Origin: a virus
Lineage: Duplodnaviria > Caudoviricetes
DNA: 64,000 nt
Reading direction: 5' to 3' (one strand)
Virus record (IMG/VR): IMGVR_UViG_3300044612_001963
Coordinates: 419-64,418 of that record
A program made the translations under genes and the position numbers. Each line of letters opens with the position of its first letter. Position 1 is the stretch's first letter. The notes beneath the pieces are model-generated. The model was not told the origin of the DNA. It searched no databases and was given only the letters and a program-made list of their open reading frames with translations. Positions 26,968 through 35,180 of this stretch are shown here, piece by piece.

Positions 26968-27418
26968 CCGCACCGGCCAGGGCAGGCTCAGGCTGGGGAA
27001 CAGAGTCATAGGTGACGACGGGCGAACCGATCGCGGCGACCGGTTCAGCAGTAGCGGCAGGTGCCGGCACAACAGCAGCGGTGAGGATCAGAGCATCACG
27101 CAGATGGGTGATCTGCACAGTGCCGCCAGGCTCGATACCCAGCAGGGCGGAATAGCCGCCAGCCATCACGATGTTCCCGGTCTTGCCGGTCGTGACCGTG
27201 AAGGAGAGCGGTTTGCCCTTGCGGCCGCCGGTCTTGGCGGGCTTGAGGCTCAGGCCATGGGCAGCCAGGAGGGCATCCTTGAACGCTGAGAGCTTGGCTT
27301 TGCCGTTGGCGGTGATGTAGCCGCAGGCGATGGCGATGTCGGATTCGGGCTGCGGGCCGAGTTCAGCGACCTTGGCCTTAAGCGCATCGCCGGTGAGTGC
27401 GGTGGTCTGGCTGGGCAT
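26954..27418 (-). CDS. Cyanobacterial AbrB-like (cyAbrB) transcription regulator
   Basis: LTGDALKAKVAEL..ACGY..FKDALLAAHG..GRKGKPLSFTVTTGKTGNIVMAGGYSALLGIEPG follows the cyAbrB pattern. Confidence 0.8.
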   Translation of the reverse strand: MPSQTTALTGDALKAKVAELGPQPESDIAIACGYITANGKAKLSAFKDALLAAHGLSLKPAKTGGRKGKPLSFTVTTGKTGNIVMAGGYSALLGIEPGGTVQITHLRDALILTAAVVPAPAATAEPVAAIGSPVVTYDSVPQPEPALAGAVTPF

Positions 27419-27444
27419 TAACTGCACCTTGGTGGGGAACTGCC

Positions 27445-27474
27445 ACAATAGCGGAGCAGTTGCGCAACAGCAAC
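27445..27474 (-). promoter_or_regulatory. Operator plus promoter of the cyAbrB-like gene
   Basis: Minus strand TTGCTG-17-TATTGT over GGAGCAGTTGCGCAACAGCAAC. Confidence 0.65.
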
Positions 27475-27475
27475 A

Positions 27476-27670
27476 GTGGAACTCCCATCCGATCTAGCCG
27501 CTTTTCTGCTGTGCCATGCCTGCGTGTCCGCACGGGATGAGGACGCCACCAGGCAAGCGCTGAGGGCTGCTGCAGTGGAACTGCCGGACGCCCAGGCGCA
27601 CAAGGTGGCCACGGTGCTGCATGCGTCGATCAGTGGCGGTGGGCGGCTGTGGCTGAGCAAGATGGCGTAG
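27476..27670 (+). CDS. Hypothetical protein
   Basis: Fills the gap between two operators. Confidence 0.4.
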   Translation: MELPSDLAAFLLCHACVSARDEDATRQALRAAAVELPDAQAHKVATVLHASISGGGRLWLSKMA

Positions 27671-27673
27671 GTT

Positions 27674-27703
27674 GTTGCAGTTGGGCAACCGCAGCGGTAT
27701 GAT
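27674..27703 (+). promoter_or_regulatory. Operator plus promoter of island 2
   Basis: GTTGCAGTTGGGCAACCGCAGC; TTGCAG-17-TATGAT. Confidence 0.72.
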
Positions 27704-27742
27704 GCGGGAGGTTCACCACCACACACCACCTGCCCGCCAGCC

Positions 27743-27979
27743 ATGGCCCGTCCCTCCATCACCACCCAGATCGCCGCTCAAGCGGCTGTCTGCACCCACC
27801 TGGGCACGGATCTCACCATGGCCAGGGTTAACGGCCTCAACATCCGCTGGCGCGGAATGGAGTCTGGTGACCACGTGGTCACCGTTGGCGCCAAGCGCGT
27901 CTATCGGGTTGATCTGGTGATCAACAGCGTGCAGCTTCGCGTGGGCAACATCCCCGACTGCTGCAGGGGCGTTTTCTGA
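27743..27979 (+). CDS. Hypothetical protein (island 2)
   Basis: CACCACACACCACC leader. Confidence 0.65.
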   Translation: MARPSITTQIAAQAAVCTHLGTDLTMARVNGLNIRWRGMESGDHVVTVGAKRVYRVDLVINSVQLRVGNIPDCCRGVF

Positions 27980-28037
27980 CCCCCACCAAGGCTCGCCGGA
28001 GCCCATCCGGCACCCATCCAAACCACCACACACCACC

Positions 28038-28223
28038 ATGACCACCACCACCATTGCCCTGCTGATCGCCCTGCTGCTGCTGCCCATCCTGTTCCTGCTC
28101 TGGGCCACGGAATCCCGCCAGCAACGCGCCCGCCGCTGGCGGCGCGACGGCTGGACACAGCAACGCATCGCTGATCGACTGGGGTGCTCGCGCACCACGG
28201 TTCGGCGGTTGTTGGCTGCTTGA
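28038..28223 (+). CDS. Membrane-anchored HTH protein
   Basis: IALLIALLLLPILFLLW transmembrane helix followed by GWTQQRIADRLGCSRTTVRRLL HTH. Confidence 0.7.
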   Translation: MTTTTIALLIALLLLPILFLLWATESRQQRARRWRRDGWTQQRIADRLGCSRTTVRRLLAA

Positions 28224-28278
28224 CCGTCACGGCCCGCCGGAGCCGTGTCCAATCCGGTAACCACTCGCTTCCTTTTCT

Positions 28279-28512
28279 GTGGAACAAAACGACTCATTCG
28301 GCCTCGTTCTCGCCGACTTCAGCGACAACTTCCGCCACCGCTGGTCCCGCCGAGGCTGGAACGGCCCCGGTCAGTTCATCGAGCTGCAAGTCCCCGACGA
28401 GCACAGCAAGATGACGCTCCCCTACATCTACATCACCACCGTGAAAGGTGATCGGGTGCCTTGGCTTGCCAGCCAGACTGATCTCCTCGCCCAAGACTGG
28501 TACATCGTCTGA
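28279..28512 (+). CDS. DUF2829 / Tad2-like protein
   Basis: RRGWNGPGQFI..PYIYITT..VPWLASQTDLLAQDW. Confidence 0.8.
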   Translation: MEQNDSFGLVLADFSDNFRHRWSRRGWNGPGQFIELQVPDEHSKMTLPYIYITTVKGDRVPWLASQTDLLAQDWYIV

Positions 28513-28567
28513 GGAGTACGGCCCGCCGGGTCTATCCCCGCCAGCACACACCACACCCTGACCAACC

Positions 28568-29071
28568 ATGACCGACCAGCACCGCGCCACGCCTGAGCAA
28601 TGGGCCGAGACAGAGAAGTGGGCTCAGGGAGACGAACTGGACAGCTCCTGCATCCTCGAACTCCGCGCCCGCATCGAGGCCCTAGAGGCCGCCCAGCTAG
28701 ATCAAGCCGAGAGCCACAGGTTCTGCACTGATGCCATCGTGCGTCGGGTGGAGGCGCTGGAGGCGTCGGCAGGTATTGGCAAGCCTGTTGCGCCAGTCAA
28801 TACTTCAGGCCCTGCTGGGACGCTGGTGGAGAGGGTTGAGGAGGCGATTATGAACGAAGACTGGCTGAACAACGGACTTGATGAATCCGTATGCAGCGAC
28901 GATGACCCCAACTACAGATATACCAGTGCAGCGTGCAACAGGGGTCAATCGTTTCATACTCTCCAAGCTCGCGCCGCGATTCGTGAAGTAATAGCAGCCG
29001 CTAAAAAGGCTGATTTTATTCATGCGAGCACCCTCGTCCATTGGCTTGAGCAGGAGGCCGACCGTGGCTGA
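28568..29071 (+). CDS. Hypothetical mosaic protein
   Basis: LELRARIEALEA and RRVEALEA repeats; hairpin repeat and leader upstream. Confidence 0.65.
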   Translation: MTDQHRATPEQWAETEKWAQGDELDSSCILELRARIEALEAAQLDQAESHRFCTDAIVRRVEALEASAGIGKPVAPVNTSGPAGTLVERVEEAIMNEDWLNNGLDESVCSDDDPNYRYTSAACNRGQSFHTLQARAAIREVIAAAKKADFIHASTLVHWLEQEADRG

Positions 29072-29255
29072 CCTCTCCCCAGCGGCTCAGGCGGTGTTGG
29101 ATGCCTTGAAAATGGAAGGCTTAACAGGTCCAGAGCGGTTCTGGGCTCGCGCTCATGCCGCCGCCGCCCTCCGCGCTGCAGCAGATCACCTTGGCAGCTG
29201 CAACGCATCGACGGAACTCCTCGCCATCGCCACCGAACTGGAGGTCACCCCATGA
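29064..29255 (+). CDS. Hypothetical protein, paralog of 62590-62841
   Basis: LSPAAQAVLDA..AAALRAAAD..LLAIATELE. Confidence 0.6.
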   Translation: MADLSPAAQAVLDALKMEGLTGPERFWARAHAAAALRAAADHLGSCNASTELLAIATELEVTP

Positions 29256-29512
29256 CCGACCCCTGCAGCTGGATCACCTTCGATGAGTGGGCCATCGACG
29301 TGACCTGCGCAAAGATAAGCGACTCCATTGCCTTCGTGCCGATCTGCGGCGATGAAGTGGTCTGGGGCCTGACCATGATCCAAGACCGAGCACCGGGCCC
29401 GCTGGTGGGCGTAGTCTCTCAGGACGGCATGGCTGACGTTGAGCAGTGGGTGGCCAGCAATCCCGACTGGAAGATCCGATTCAGCAAGGTGGAGGATCTC
29501 TGTGGCACCTGA
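29252..29512 (+). CDS. Hypothetical protein
   Basis: ATGA overlap; GGAGG RBS. Confidence 0.55.
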   Translation: MTDPCSWITFDEWAIDVTCAKISDSIAFVPICGDEVVWGLTMIQDRAPGPLVGVVSQDGMADVEQWVASNPDWKIRFSKVEDLCGT

Positions 29513-29738
29513 CCACCTCCAGCCCGGCGACATCTGGCGCCATCCCGGCATGGGGCTGCTGTACGTCACCGATGAAGATCGGGACGCATACCCCGGCACG
29601 TTGAAGTGCTACTGGGGGATGGGCGGCAACCCCAATGCGCCATACACGTTCCGCCACCCGAACAACACCACCAACCTCACCCTGGTGCAGCGGCTGGGTG
29701 AGCAAGACGCCAACGGCGAATGGCACCTGAAACGATGA
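29502..29738 (+). CDS. Hypothetical protein
   Basis: GGAGG RBS then GTG; LQPGDIWRH. Confidence 0.5.
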   Translation: MAPDHLQPGDIWRHPGMGLLYVTDEDRDAYPGTLKCYWGMGGNPNAPYTFRHPNNTTNLTLVQRLGEQDANGEWHLKR

Positions 29739-29921
29739 TCCCCCGCCTCTACCACGTCCAGCTCACCACCGGCCCCATCGAGCTCTACGCCGTCACCCAG
29801 GCCCAGGCCATCGCCACTGCCCTAGAGCTGGCGGGACCTGGCGCGAAGGTGCTCAGGGTTTGGCGGGAAGGGGAGTGGTGACCGCTACGGAAACCTCAAG
29901 CACCACGCACGCCGCTACACC

Positions 29922-30110
29922 ATGGCCCGCGAATGGGACACGCCTACACGGGCGCCATGGAATCCGCTGATCAAACAATCCCTCGACGCGATCGACCGTC
30001 ACGAACACCTCTACCGCTCCACTGGTGACGGCCGCCATGCACGCCTCGCACACCAGCTCAGGCAGTACGTGGCCGAGCTGAAGGATTGGATCCTGTCTCA
30101 GGAAACCTAG
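29922..30110 (+). CDS. Hypothetical protein
   Basis: GGAAACCT at 29889. Confidence 0.6.
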   Translation: MAREWDTPTRAPWNPLIKQSLDAIDRHEHLYRSTGDGRHARLAHQLRQYVAELKDWILSQET

Positions 30111-30113
30111 GCC

Positions 30114-30620
30114 ATGGCAGTTCCAACCCTTAACCCGCTCTGGCGGCCGAATGCCGGCAGCGCCCGCGATGATCGCGAGCTCATTCGTGGTTATGCCCTC
30201 TGGCCCGTTTCCGAATACAACCTCACGATCCTCACAACCATCCTCAACCGCGCTGCAGACGTGTCACCCGGCACCGTTGCACGCTGTCAGGCATGGATTG
30301 ATGAGATCGAAGACCTCGAACAGGACTGGTCTGATCAGGTCGCCGCAGGCACCGCCCACCTGAGCAACGCGCAAGAGTATGAAGGGCCGATCCCTGGCAC
30401 CACACTCACCCGTCAGGACCGGCAGAAGAAAGCTGACGTGCTGGAGTGGGATACCTCGCTGCTCAAGGTTCGCACCGTCTCTGGTGGCCGGGCTGACGCT
30501 ACCGCTGGCGGTGTACTCGCCGCACGCATGGCGCAGCTGAAACACAAGATCCTCCAGGCACTCGGCATCAAGCCCTACGACGGTGGCGACGGTTCCAGCG
30601 CACGGCTGATGCGGAGCTGA
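30114..30620 (+). CDS. Putative head-tail adaptor / structural protein
   Basis: Position before the neck genes; GGAAACCT 5 bp upstream. Confidence 0.5.
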   Translation: MAVPTLNPLWRPNAGSARDDRELIRGYALWPVSEYNLTILTTILNRAADVSPGTVARCQAWIDEIEDLEQDWSDQVAAGTAHLSNAQEYEGPIPGTTLTRQDRQKKADVLEWDTSLLKVRTVSGGRADATAGGVLAARMAQLKHKILQALGIKPYDGGDGSSARLMRS

Positions 30621-30664
30621 GTTCAGACAGGAAAGCTAGATCAGCTACCTGATCTCCCTCCGCA

Positions 30665-31207
30665 ATGGCTAGAACGTACAAACGTGATCGCATCGGTCGC
30701 TTCTCTAGCACTGGTGGCGGCGGTGGACGTAAGGGAAGTGGTAGTAAAGGCAAAGCCAAATCCAAGTCCAGCAATGTGGCTGAGCGTAAGCAGAAGCTGG
30801 TCAAGGAAGTTAGCAGCAACGCCCTCGCTGGCCGCAAGAACTCCAGCGCACGCACCAGCTACGTTCGCGCTCAGCAGCAATCCAAGGTTGCTGCTCAATC
30901 AAACCGTGGCTCGGGCAATAAGGCCGCACGTCGCGCTGCTGCAGCAACTGCCAAGGCTGCCCAATCCGCACGCACCAAACAGTTCAGCAGCAAGGCCAGC
31001 AGCAGCAAGGCGAAGGCTGCCTACAAGGCTGCTACATCCGCCGCACGTGAGGCCAAGATGCTTGCCGGTGGCCGCACCTCAACCCGTGGTCTCAGCGGCC
31101 GCAAAGATTCCGGTGCTACCAATATCCGCGCCAACGTGAAGCGTGCGCAGGCTGCTGCAGCGAAGGTGCGGAAACTTGAGCGGAACCGTGGCACCAGCCG
31201 CCGCTGA
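30665..31207 (+). CDS. Highly basic K/R/A/S-rich protein (histone- or protamine-like)
   Basis: Very few acidic residues; N-terminal RDRIGRF; GGAAAGCT upstream. Confidence 0.65.
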   Translation: MARTYKRDRIGRFSSTGGGGGRKGSGSKGKAKSKSSNVAERKQKLVKEVSSNALAGRKNSSARTSYVRAQQQSKVAAQSNRGSGNKAARRAAAATAKAAQSARTKQFSSKASSSKAKAAYKAATSAAREAKMLAGGRTSTRGLSGRKDSGATNIRANVKRAQAAAAKVRKLERNRGTSRR

Positions 31208-31686
31208 TGGCAACTGACCTCGCGCCCTACGCCAACCTGCGGATCCTGCTGCCCCAGCCGGTCGCACCAGCAAACTTCCGTTCTGGTGTGCCGGCTGCAG
31301 CCGGTAGCTGGGTGGTTGAGTGTTTCGCCAAGAACAGCGGCACTGACCCCGCGACAGGCCTGCCCAGCATCGATCCACGCCGGCAGATCCTCGACGGTTA
31401 CATCACTCAGTGGGCGGTGCTGCCAGCGAACACGCTATGGATCGCCGCACGCTCAGCCTTCGCATGGAACACCACCGGCCTAGCGCCTGCAGGGTTGCTG
31501 CCTGGCGCCAATGGCAGAGGGATTCTCACGGTGCTGGAGCAGCTGCCGACGCTGACGCAGCCAGCGCAGCAGGGTGAGGTGACGGTGCTAGGCCTGGCGG
31601 ATCCGTTCGGCCCTGGCGGCATCGGCGCCGAGGTTCGATCGGTGCTCGGTGACAAGATCCGCCTTGAGTTCCAAGCGGCAGGCTGA
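31207..31686 (+). CDS. Putative head-closure / neck protein
   Basis: TGATG coupled; lies between adaptor-like and tail-completion-like genes. Confidence 0.5.
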   Translation: MATDLAPYANLRILLPQPVAPANFRSGVPAAAGSWVVECFAKNSGTDPATGLPSIDPRRQILDGYITQWAVLPANTLWIAARSAFAWNTTGLAPAGLLPGANGRGILTVLEQLPTLTQPAQQGEVTVLGLADPFGPGGIGAEVRSVLGDKIRLEFQAAG

Positions 31687-32141
31687 TGTCAGTTCGGGTC
31701 ACGGTTGAATCAGGCAACCTGACGCGCCTTGCGGAGCAGGCCGCGCAGCGGGCCACCGAAATCGTGATGGGTGAGCTCTACGGCGCCTTCCAGCAGTCGT
31801 TCACCGCGCAGGCCTGGGCATGGCCCCGTGAAACGCAGCGCACGGTTGGCACGGTCGGCAGCCCGCGCAACATCATCGACACCGGCAGCCTGCGGCAATC
31901 CGGCTCTTACCAGATGAGTGGCCCGTATCAGGCCACCTTCACATGGTCCGCGAACTACGCCACCGCCGTGCATGAGGGGGCCCGCATCTTCCCCTGGGGG
32001 AACCGCGACGCGCAGCGTGTTCAGCTTCCCGCCCGCCCCTGGACCCGCGCCGTGCTGGGTCAGGAAAACGTTTCCGGCATTGTCACCTACGACATAGGCG
32101 ATCGGCTCAAAAACGTCTGGCTCGCGCAGCTCCGGCGCTAA
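31686..32141 (+). CDS. Neck / tail-completion protein (HK97 gp10-like)
   Basis: IDTGSLRQS, YATAVHEG, PARPW motifs. Confidence 0.75.
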   Translation: MSVRVTVESGNLTRLAEQAAQRATEIVMGELYGAFQQSFTAQAWAWPRETQRTVGTVGSPRNIIDTGSLRQSGSYQMSGPYQATFTWSANYATAVHEGARIFPWGNRDAQRVQLPARPWTRAVLGQENVSGIVTYDIGDRLKNVWLAQLRR

Positions 32142-32176
32142 GCCGGAAACCTACGGTACCCCCACCCGGCGCAGTC

Positions 32177-32911
32177 GTGCCCCAGCTTCCATTCGTTGTC
32201 GCGCCCAAGCGCGAAACGCGCACCATTTCAGCCACCGTCAACGGTGAGGTGTGCTCCCTTGAGTTCCCTGTTTTCGGCTCGCTGCTGGCTGGTGAAGAGA
32301 TCGCCATCAGGGAACACGAATACCAGGCAGTCGTTACCCGTGAGTCGAGCAGGCTGGCTGATGCCATCCTTTACAGCGACTCCAACGAGGTCTGCTTCGA
32401 GGGCGAGGCTCAGCGACTAGCAATCCGTATCCTCTCAACTCGCCTGGGGATACCAGTGCCGCTGGAGCCCACAGAGCAGCGGATCATGCTGCAGCAATGT
32501 GACCTGATCGCTGAGATGACCATCACCCTCGGCAAGGCACACCGCCAGCAGGTCTTGCGCACCGTTACCGCTGCCATCGCCCACCGGCTGCCCGGTTGCA
32601 AAGCCTGGACCGAAGCTGATTCATCCGAGCTGCCCGAGCCGCTCCAAACCGCGATCTACAACTTCATCGGCGATGAACAGAACGGTCACCAGCCCGCCAA
32701 ATCCCCTGAAGAACTGATCGAAGGGATGGTTGAAACGCTGGGAAAGCTCGCGCCTCAGGACAACTCAGCCCCGCCCCAACCGATTGGGCCGCAGCATTCT
32801 GGCGATGCCGCAGACTCTGGCCCGCTGCTCCTGAGTTCAGCCGCGAACGATTCGCATCCCTCCCCGTCTCCTACATCACAGAAGCGATCGAGGAAGGTGA
32901 GCGCTGGTTGA
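32177..32911 (+). CDS. Tail assembly chaperone (G-like)
   Basis: Contains slippery G-GGA-AAG at 32740; GGAAACCT upstream. Confidence 0.7.
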   Translation: MPQLPFVVAPKRETRTISATVNGEVCSLEFPVFGSLLAGEEIAIREHEYQAVVTRESSRLADAILYSDSNEVCFEGEAQRLAIRILSTRLGIPVPLEPTEQRIMLQQCDLIAEMTITLGKAHRQQVLRTVTAAIAHRLPGCKAWTEADSSELPEPLQTAIYNFIGDEQNGHQPAKSPEELIEGMVETLGKLAPQDNSAPPQPIGPQHSGDAADSGPLLLSSAANDSHPSPSPTSQKRSRKVSAG

Positions 32912-33414
32912 TGCAGCAGCTGCACTGGGCTGAGCTCCCAGTCGCATCCCTCACTCAGACCTATGTGAACGCGCACGCTGACGGCAAGCCGCCGCCGCTG
33001 GCAGACTTCTGTTTCTTCCGCCAGCAGCAGCCTGGTGAACGCCCGCCATCAGAGGCTGGTGCTGCCATGCTCGCGCTGCTCAACCAGCACCAGTTCCCAG
33101 GTTTCGCCCTCGCGTTCTACGACGTGCTGCACACTGCCGGCCAAGGCCAGCCAACACCCCAGCGGCTCGCGCTCATCGCCACTGATGCCATCCTGCTGGC
33201 GCCTGAACCCACCGCCGATGGCTGGCGAGGATTCCTGATCGCGGAAGGCACCGCTACAGGCCAGACCCGGCAGTTTCACTGGCCTGGTGATGATCAGCCG
33301 GTGTGCTGTCTTGCAGTGCCTGCTCCCGTTTCTGGAGCAGTGGGAGCAGTGTGGGCGGAGGAAGCTGCATCTCTTTCCACTCGGCCATCTCCCGATACAC
33401 CCGATTCACCTTGA
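32740..33414 (+). CDS. Tail assembly chaperone -1 frameshift extension (GT-like)
   Basis: The -1 frame is open from GGGAAAG (32740-46) straight into ORF 32908-33414. Confidence 0.7.
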   Translation, partial: GKARASGQLSPAPTDWAAAFWRCRRLWPAAPEFSRERFASLPVSYITEAIEEGERWLMQQLHWAELPVASLTQTYVNAHADGKPPPLADFCFFRQQQPGERPPSEAGAAMLALLNQHQFPGFALAFYDVLHTAGQGQPTPQRLALIATDAILLAPEPTADGWRGFLIAEGTATGQTRQFHWPGDDQPVCCLAVPAPVSGAVGAVWAEEAASLSTRPSPDTPDSP

Positions 33415-33553
33415 TCTCAGCTTCCGTGATGCTGGCGAAGTACCCAAGGCTCCAGTACCGACCAGCCCACCACACCCGTGCCTGAAACGGCTTGCGGGTG
33501 TTGTTTGGGCAGTGGCACACACCACGAGGGTAACAGCTCACAGCAGCAGGCAC
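33254..33553 (-). CDS. AP2-domain DNA-binding protein
   Basis: YPRGV..PFQARVWWAGRYWSLGYFASITEA; minus-strand GGAAACCT at 33570-77. Confidence 0.65.
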   Translation of the reverse strand: MPAAVSCYPRGVCHCPNNTRKPFQARVWWAGRYWSLGYFASITEAEIKVNRVYREMAEWKEMQLPPPTLLPLLQKREQALQDSTPADHHQASETAGSGL

Positions 33554-33649
33554 AGGGCGGGTTGCCGCTAGGTTTCCGCGCCATCCTTAAGCCGTTAGCA
33601 CGGCATACCGGGTAGTGGACCGCTGAAAGGGAAGCGATCACGCATCCCC

Positions 33650-34489
33650 ATGTCTTCGGTCTACTCCCAAGCCTACGGCTACAACTTCTTTTTCCAGGTC
33701 CTGAAGAAAGGATCGGTGAACCTGTCCACCCTGCTGCCTAATGCAGGCCTCGGTGCTGGTAAGTTCATCGACAACACCACGGTGATGGCTAACACCTCGC
33801 TGGTGTTCCCGCATGGCACCGGCCCCACCTTCAAGCTGCTGGCTGGCGAGGGCAAGGTTGTCACCAAGGCTGCCATCGCATCCAACGTGGTGACACTGAC
33901 GTTCGGCAGCGCCCATGGCATCGCCAACGGCAGCGTGATCGGCGTGGCCAACTTGCCCGCACCGTTTACTGCTGCAAACGGCACCTTCACGGTCACCGCC
34001 GTGACGACCACTGCGCCGTTCACGCTGACCTACGCACTGACCGCAGCCAACCAGACCGAGGCCACCGTTACCAGCGGGGCAGTGGTTGGCAGCTCGATGC
34101 TGCTCAACGGCACCGATGCACCGATTCGCCTGCTGGGCCTCACCAACTGCGCTCCCAGCGAGTCTGAGAGTGAGGAGACGGTGATCACCTACGACGACGA
34201 ATCCAAGTCGTTCGACACGTCGATCGCTACCAGCAAGTCCATGTCCTGGAGCCTGGAGGGTGTCACCAACCACTCTGATGCGGCCTACAAGCTGCTGCGC
34301 ATTTCCGCTAAGGAGTCAGTGCGCGAGGGCCTGATGGTGAAATACGCGAGGGTGGGCCCGACCGGGTTCAACGAAACCAGCTACGGCTACGGCCGCTTCA
34401 CCGGTTTCGAGGAGTCCAATGCCGCCGGTGAGATCGTGAAGTACAGCACCACCCTGCGGGCCTACGGGCCCTATGAGCTGGAGTTCTGA
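33650..34489 (+). CDS. Major tail tube protein with an inserted beta domain
   Basis: C-terminal tube-like fold (TYDDE..SMSWSLEG..GEIVKYSTTLRAYG); insertion VTLTFGSAHG..NGTFTVT. Confidence 0.75.
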   Translation: MSSVYSQAYGYNFFFQVLKKGSVNLSTLLPNAGLGAGKFIDNTTVMANTSLVFPHGTGPTFKLLAGEGKVVTKAAIASNVVTLTFGSAHGIANGSVIGVANLPAPFTAANGTFTVTAVTTTAPFTLTYALTAANQTEATVTSGAVVGSSMLLNGTDAPIRLLGLTNCAPSESESEETVITYDDESKSFDTSIATSKSMSWSLEGVTNHSDAAYKLLRISAKESVREGLMVKYARVGPTGFNETSYGYGRFTGFEESNAAGEIVKYSTTLRAYGPYELEF

Positions 34490-34502
34490 TCTCCACTCTG
34501 CT

Positions 34503-34536
34503 GCACCCCGGCTGCTCAGGCGGCTGGGGTGTTTTG
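34503..34536. terminator. Terminator after the tail tube gene
   Basis: GCACCCCGGCTGC-tcag-GCGGCTGGGGTGT followed by TTT. Confidence 0.6.
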
Positions 34537-34710
34537 CTGTCTGGGCAACCCTGCAGCGGCCTGCTGCAACGCGAACTGTCGGTTGGTTTCGGCATAGTCG
34601 AGGATGGCCAGCGCAACGGTTTTCAGGTTTTCTAGGTCGCGGCTGCCCGCACCCTGAATCATTCGCCGCCACTGCTCATTCCTCAGCTGTTCCTGCAGTG
34701 GCAGTTCCAT
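34516..34710 (-). CDS. Small hypothetical protein
   Basis: MELPLQEQLRNEQW..; minus-strand GGCAAACT 20 bp upstream. Confidence 0.55.
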   Translation of the reverse strand: MELPLQEQLRNEQWRRMIQGAGSRDLENLKTVALAILDYAETNRQFALQQAAAGLPRQQNTPAA

Positions 34711-34730
34711 GGCCTGGCTGGCGTTTGGTG

Positions 34731-34746
34731 AGTTTGCCGGAAAACT
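34731..34746. promoter_or_regulatory. Back-to-back pair of late motifs
   Basis: AGTTTGCC|GGAAAACT between divergent ORFs. Confidence 0.6.
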
Positions 34747-34751
34747 GAGCC

Positions 34752-35180
34752 ATGGCCCTGCCGACCACTGCACAGGCGATCTATGACCGGCTGCTGGCTG
34801 ATACGGCCATCGCAGCGGCGCTTGGCACGTACACCCTGCCCAGTGGGTCCACAATGCCCGCGATGGCGGTGCTGGCGGCGAATGAACAGCTGCCGCCTGG
34901 CACGGTGGTAAACGGCATCGAGATCGTCATTACTGCCGTGCCACGGTTCGCTGAGCAGGTAATGCTGAGCACCGAGACGCTGACGAATCCCACCTGGCGG
35001 ATCTATGTCTCCGGCTGGCAGTCGGCCGGTCAGCTGCAGACCGTTGCCGGTCGTGTGGTGGCGTTGCTGCCCGGTGCAACCAGCACCAGCATCGAAGGCG
35101 ATGCACCGGGGCAAGGCATCGGCGTGATTGATCAGATCGTCATCCGCTGGACCAATCCAACCGTCGTGGTGACCCCGTGA
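34752..35180 (+). CDS. Putative tail terminator
   Basis: AIYDRLLADTAIAAALG N-terminus typical of gp17/U-like terminators; precedes the tape measure. Confidence 0.55.
   Translation: MALPTTAQAIYDRLLADTAIAAALGTYTLPSGSTMPAMAVLAANEQLPPGTVVNGIEIVITAVPRFAEQVMLSTETLTNPTWRIYVSGWQSAGQLQTVAGRVVALLPGATSTSIEGDAPGQGIGVIDQIVIRWTNPTVVVTP

Noticed and set aside
20210-28541. Integron attC array interpretation of the hairpin repeats
   Set aside because: No RYYYAAC/GTTRRRY ends, elements too short, and the integrase does not look like IntI
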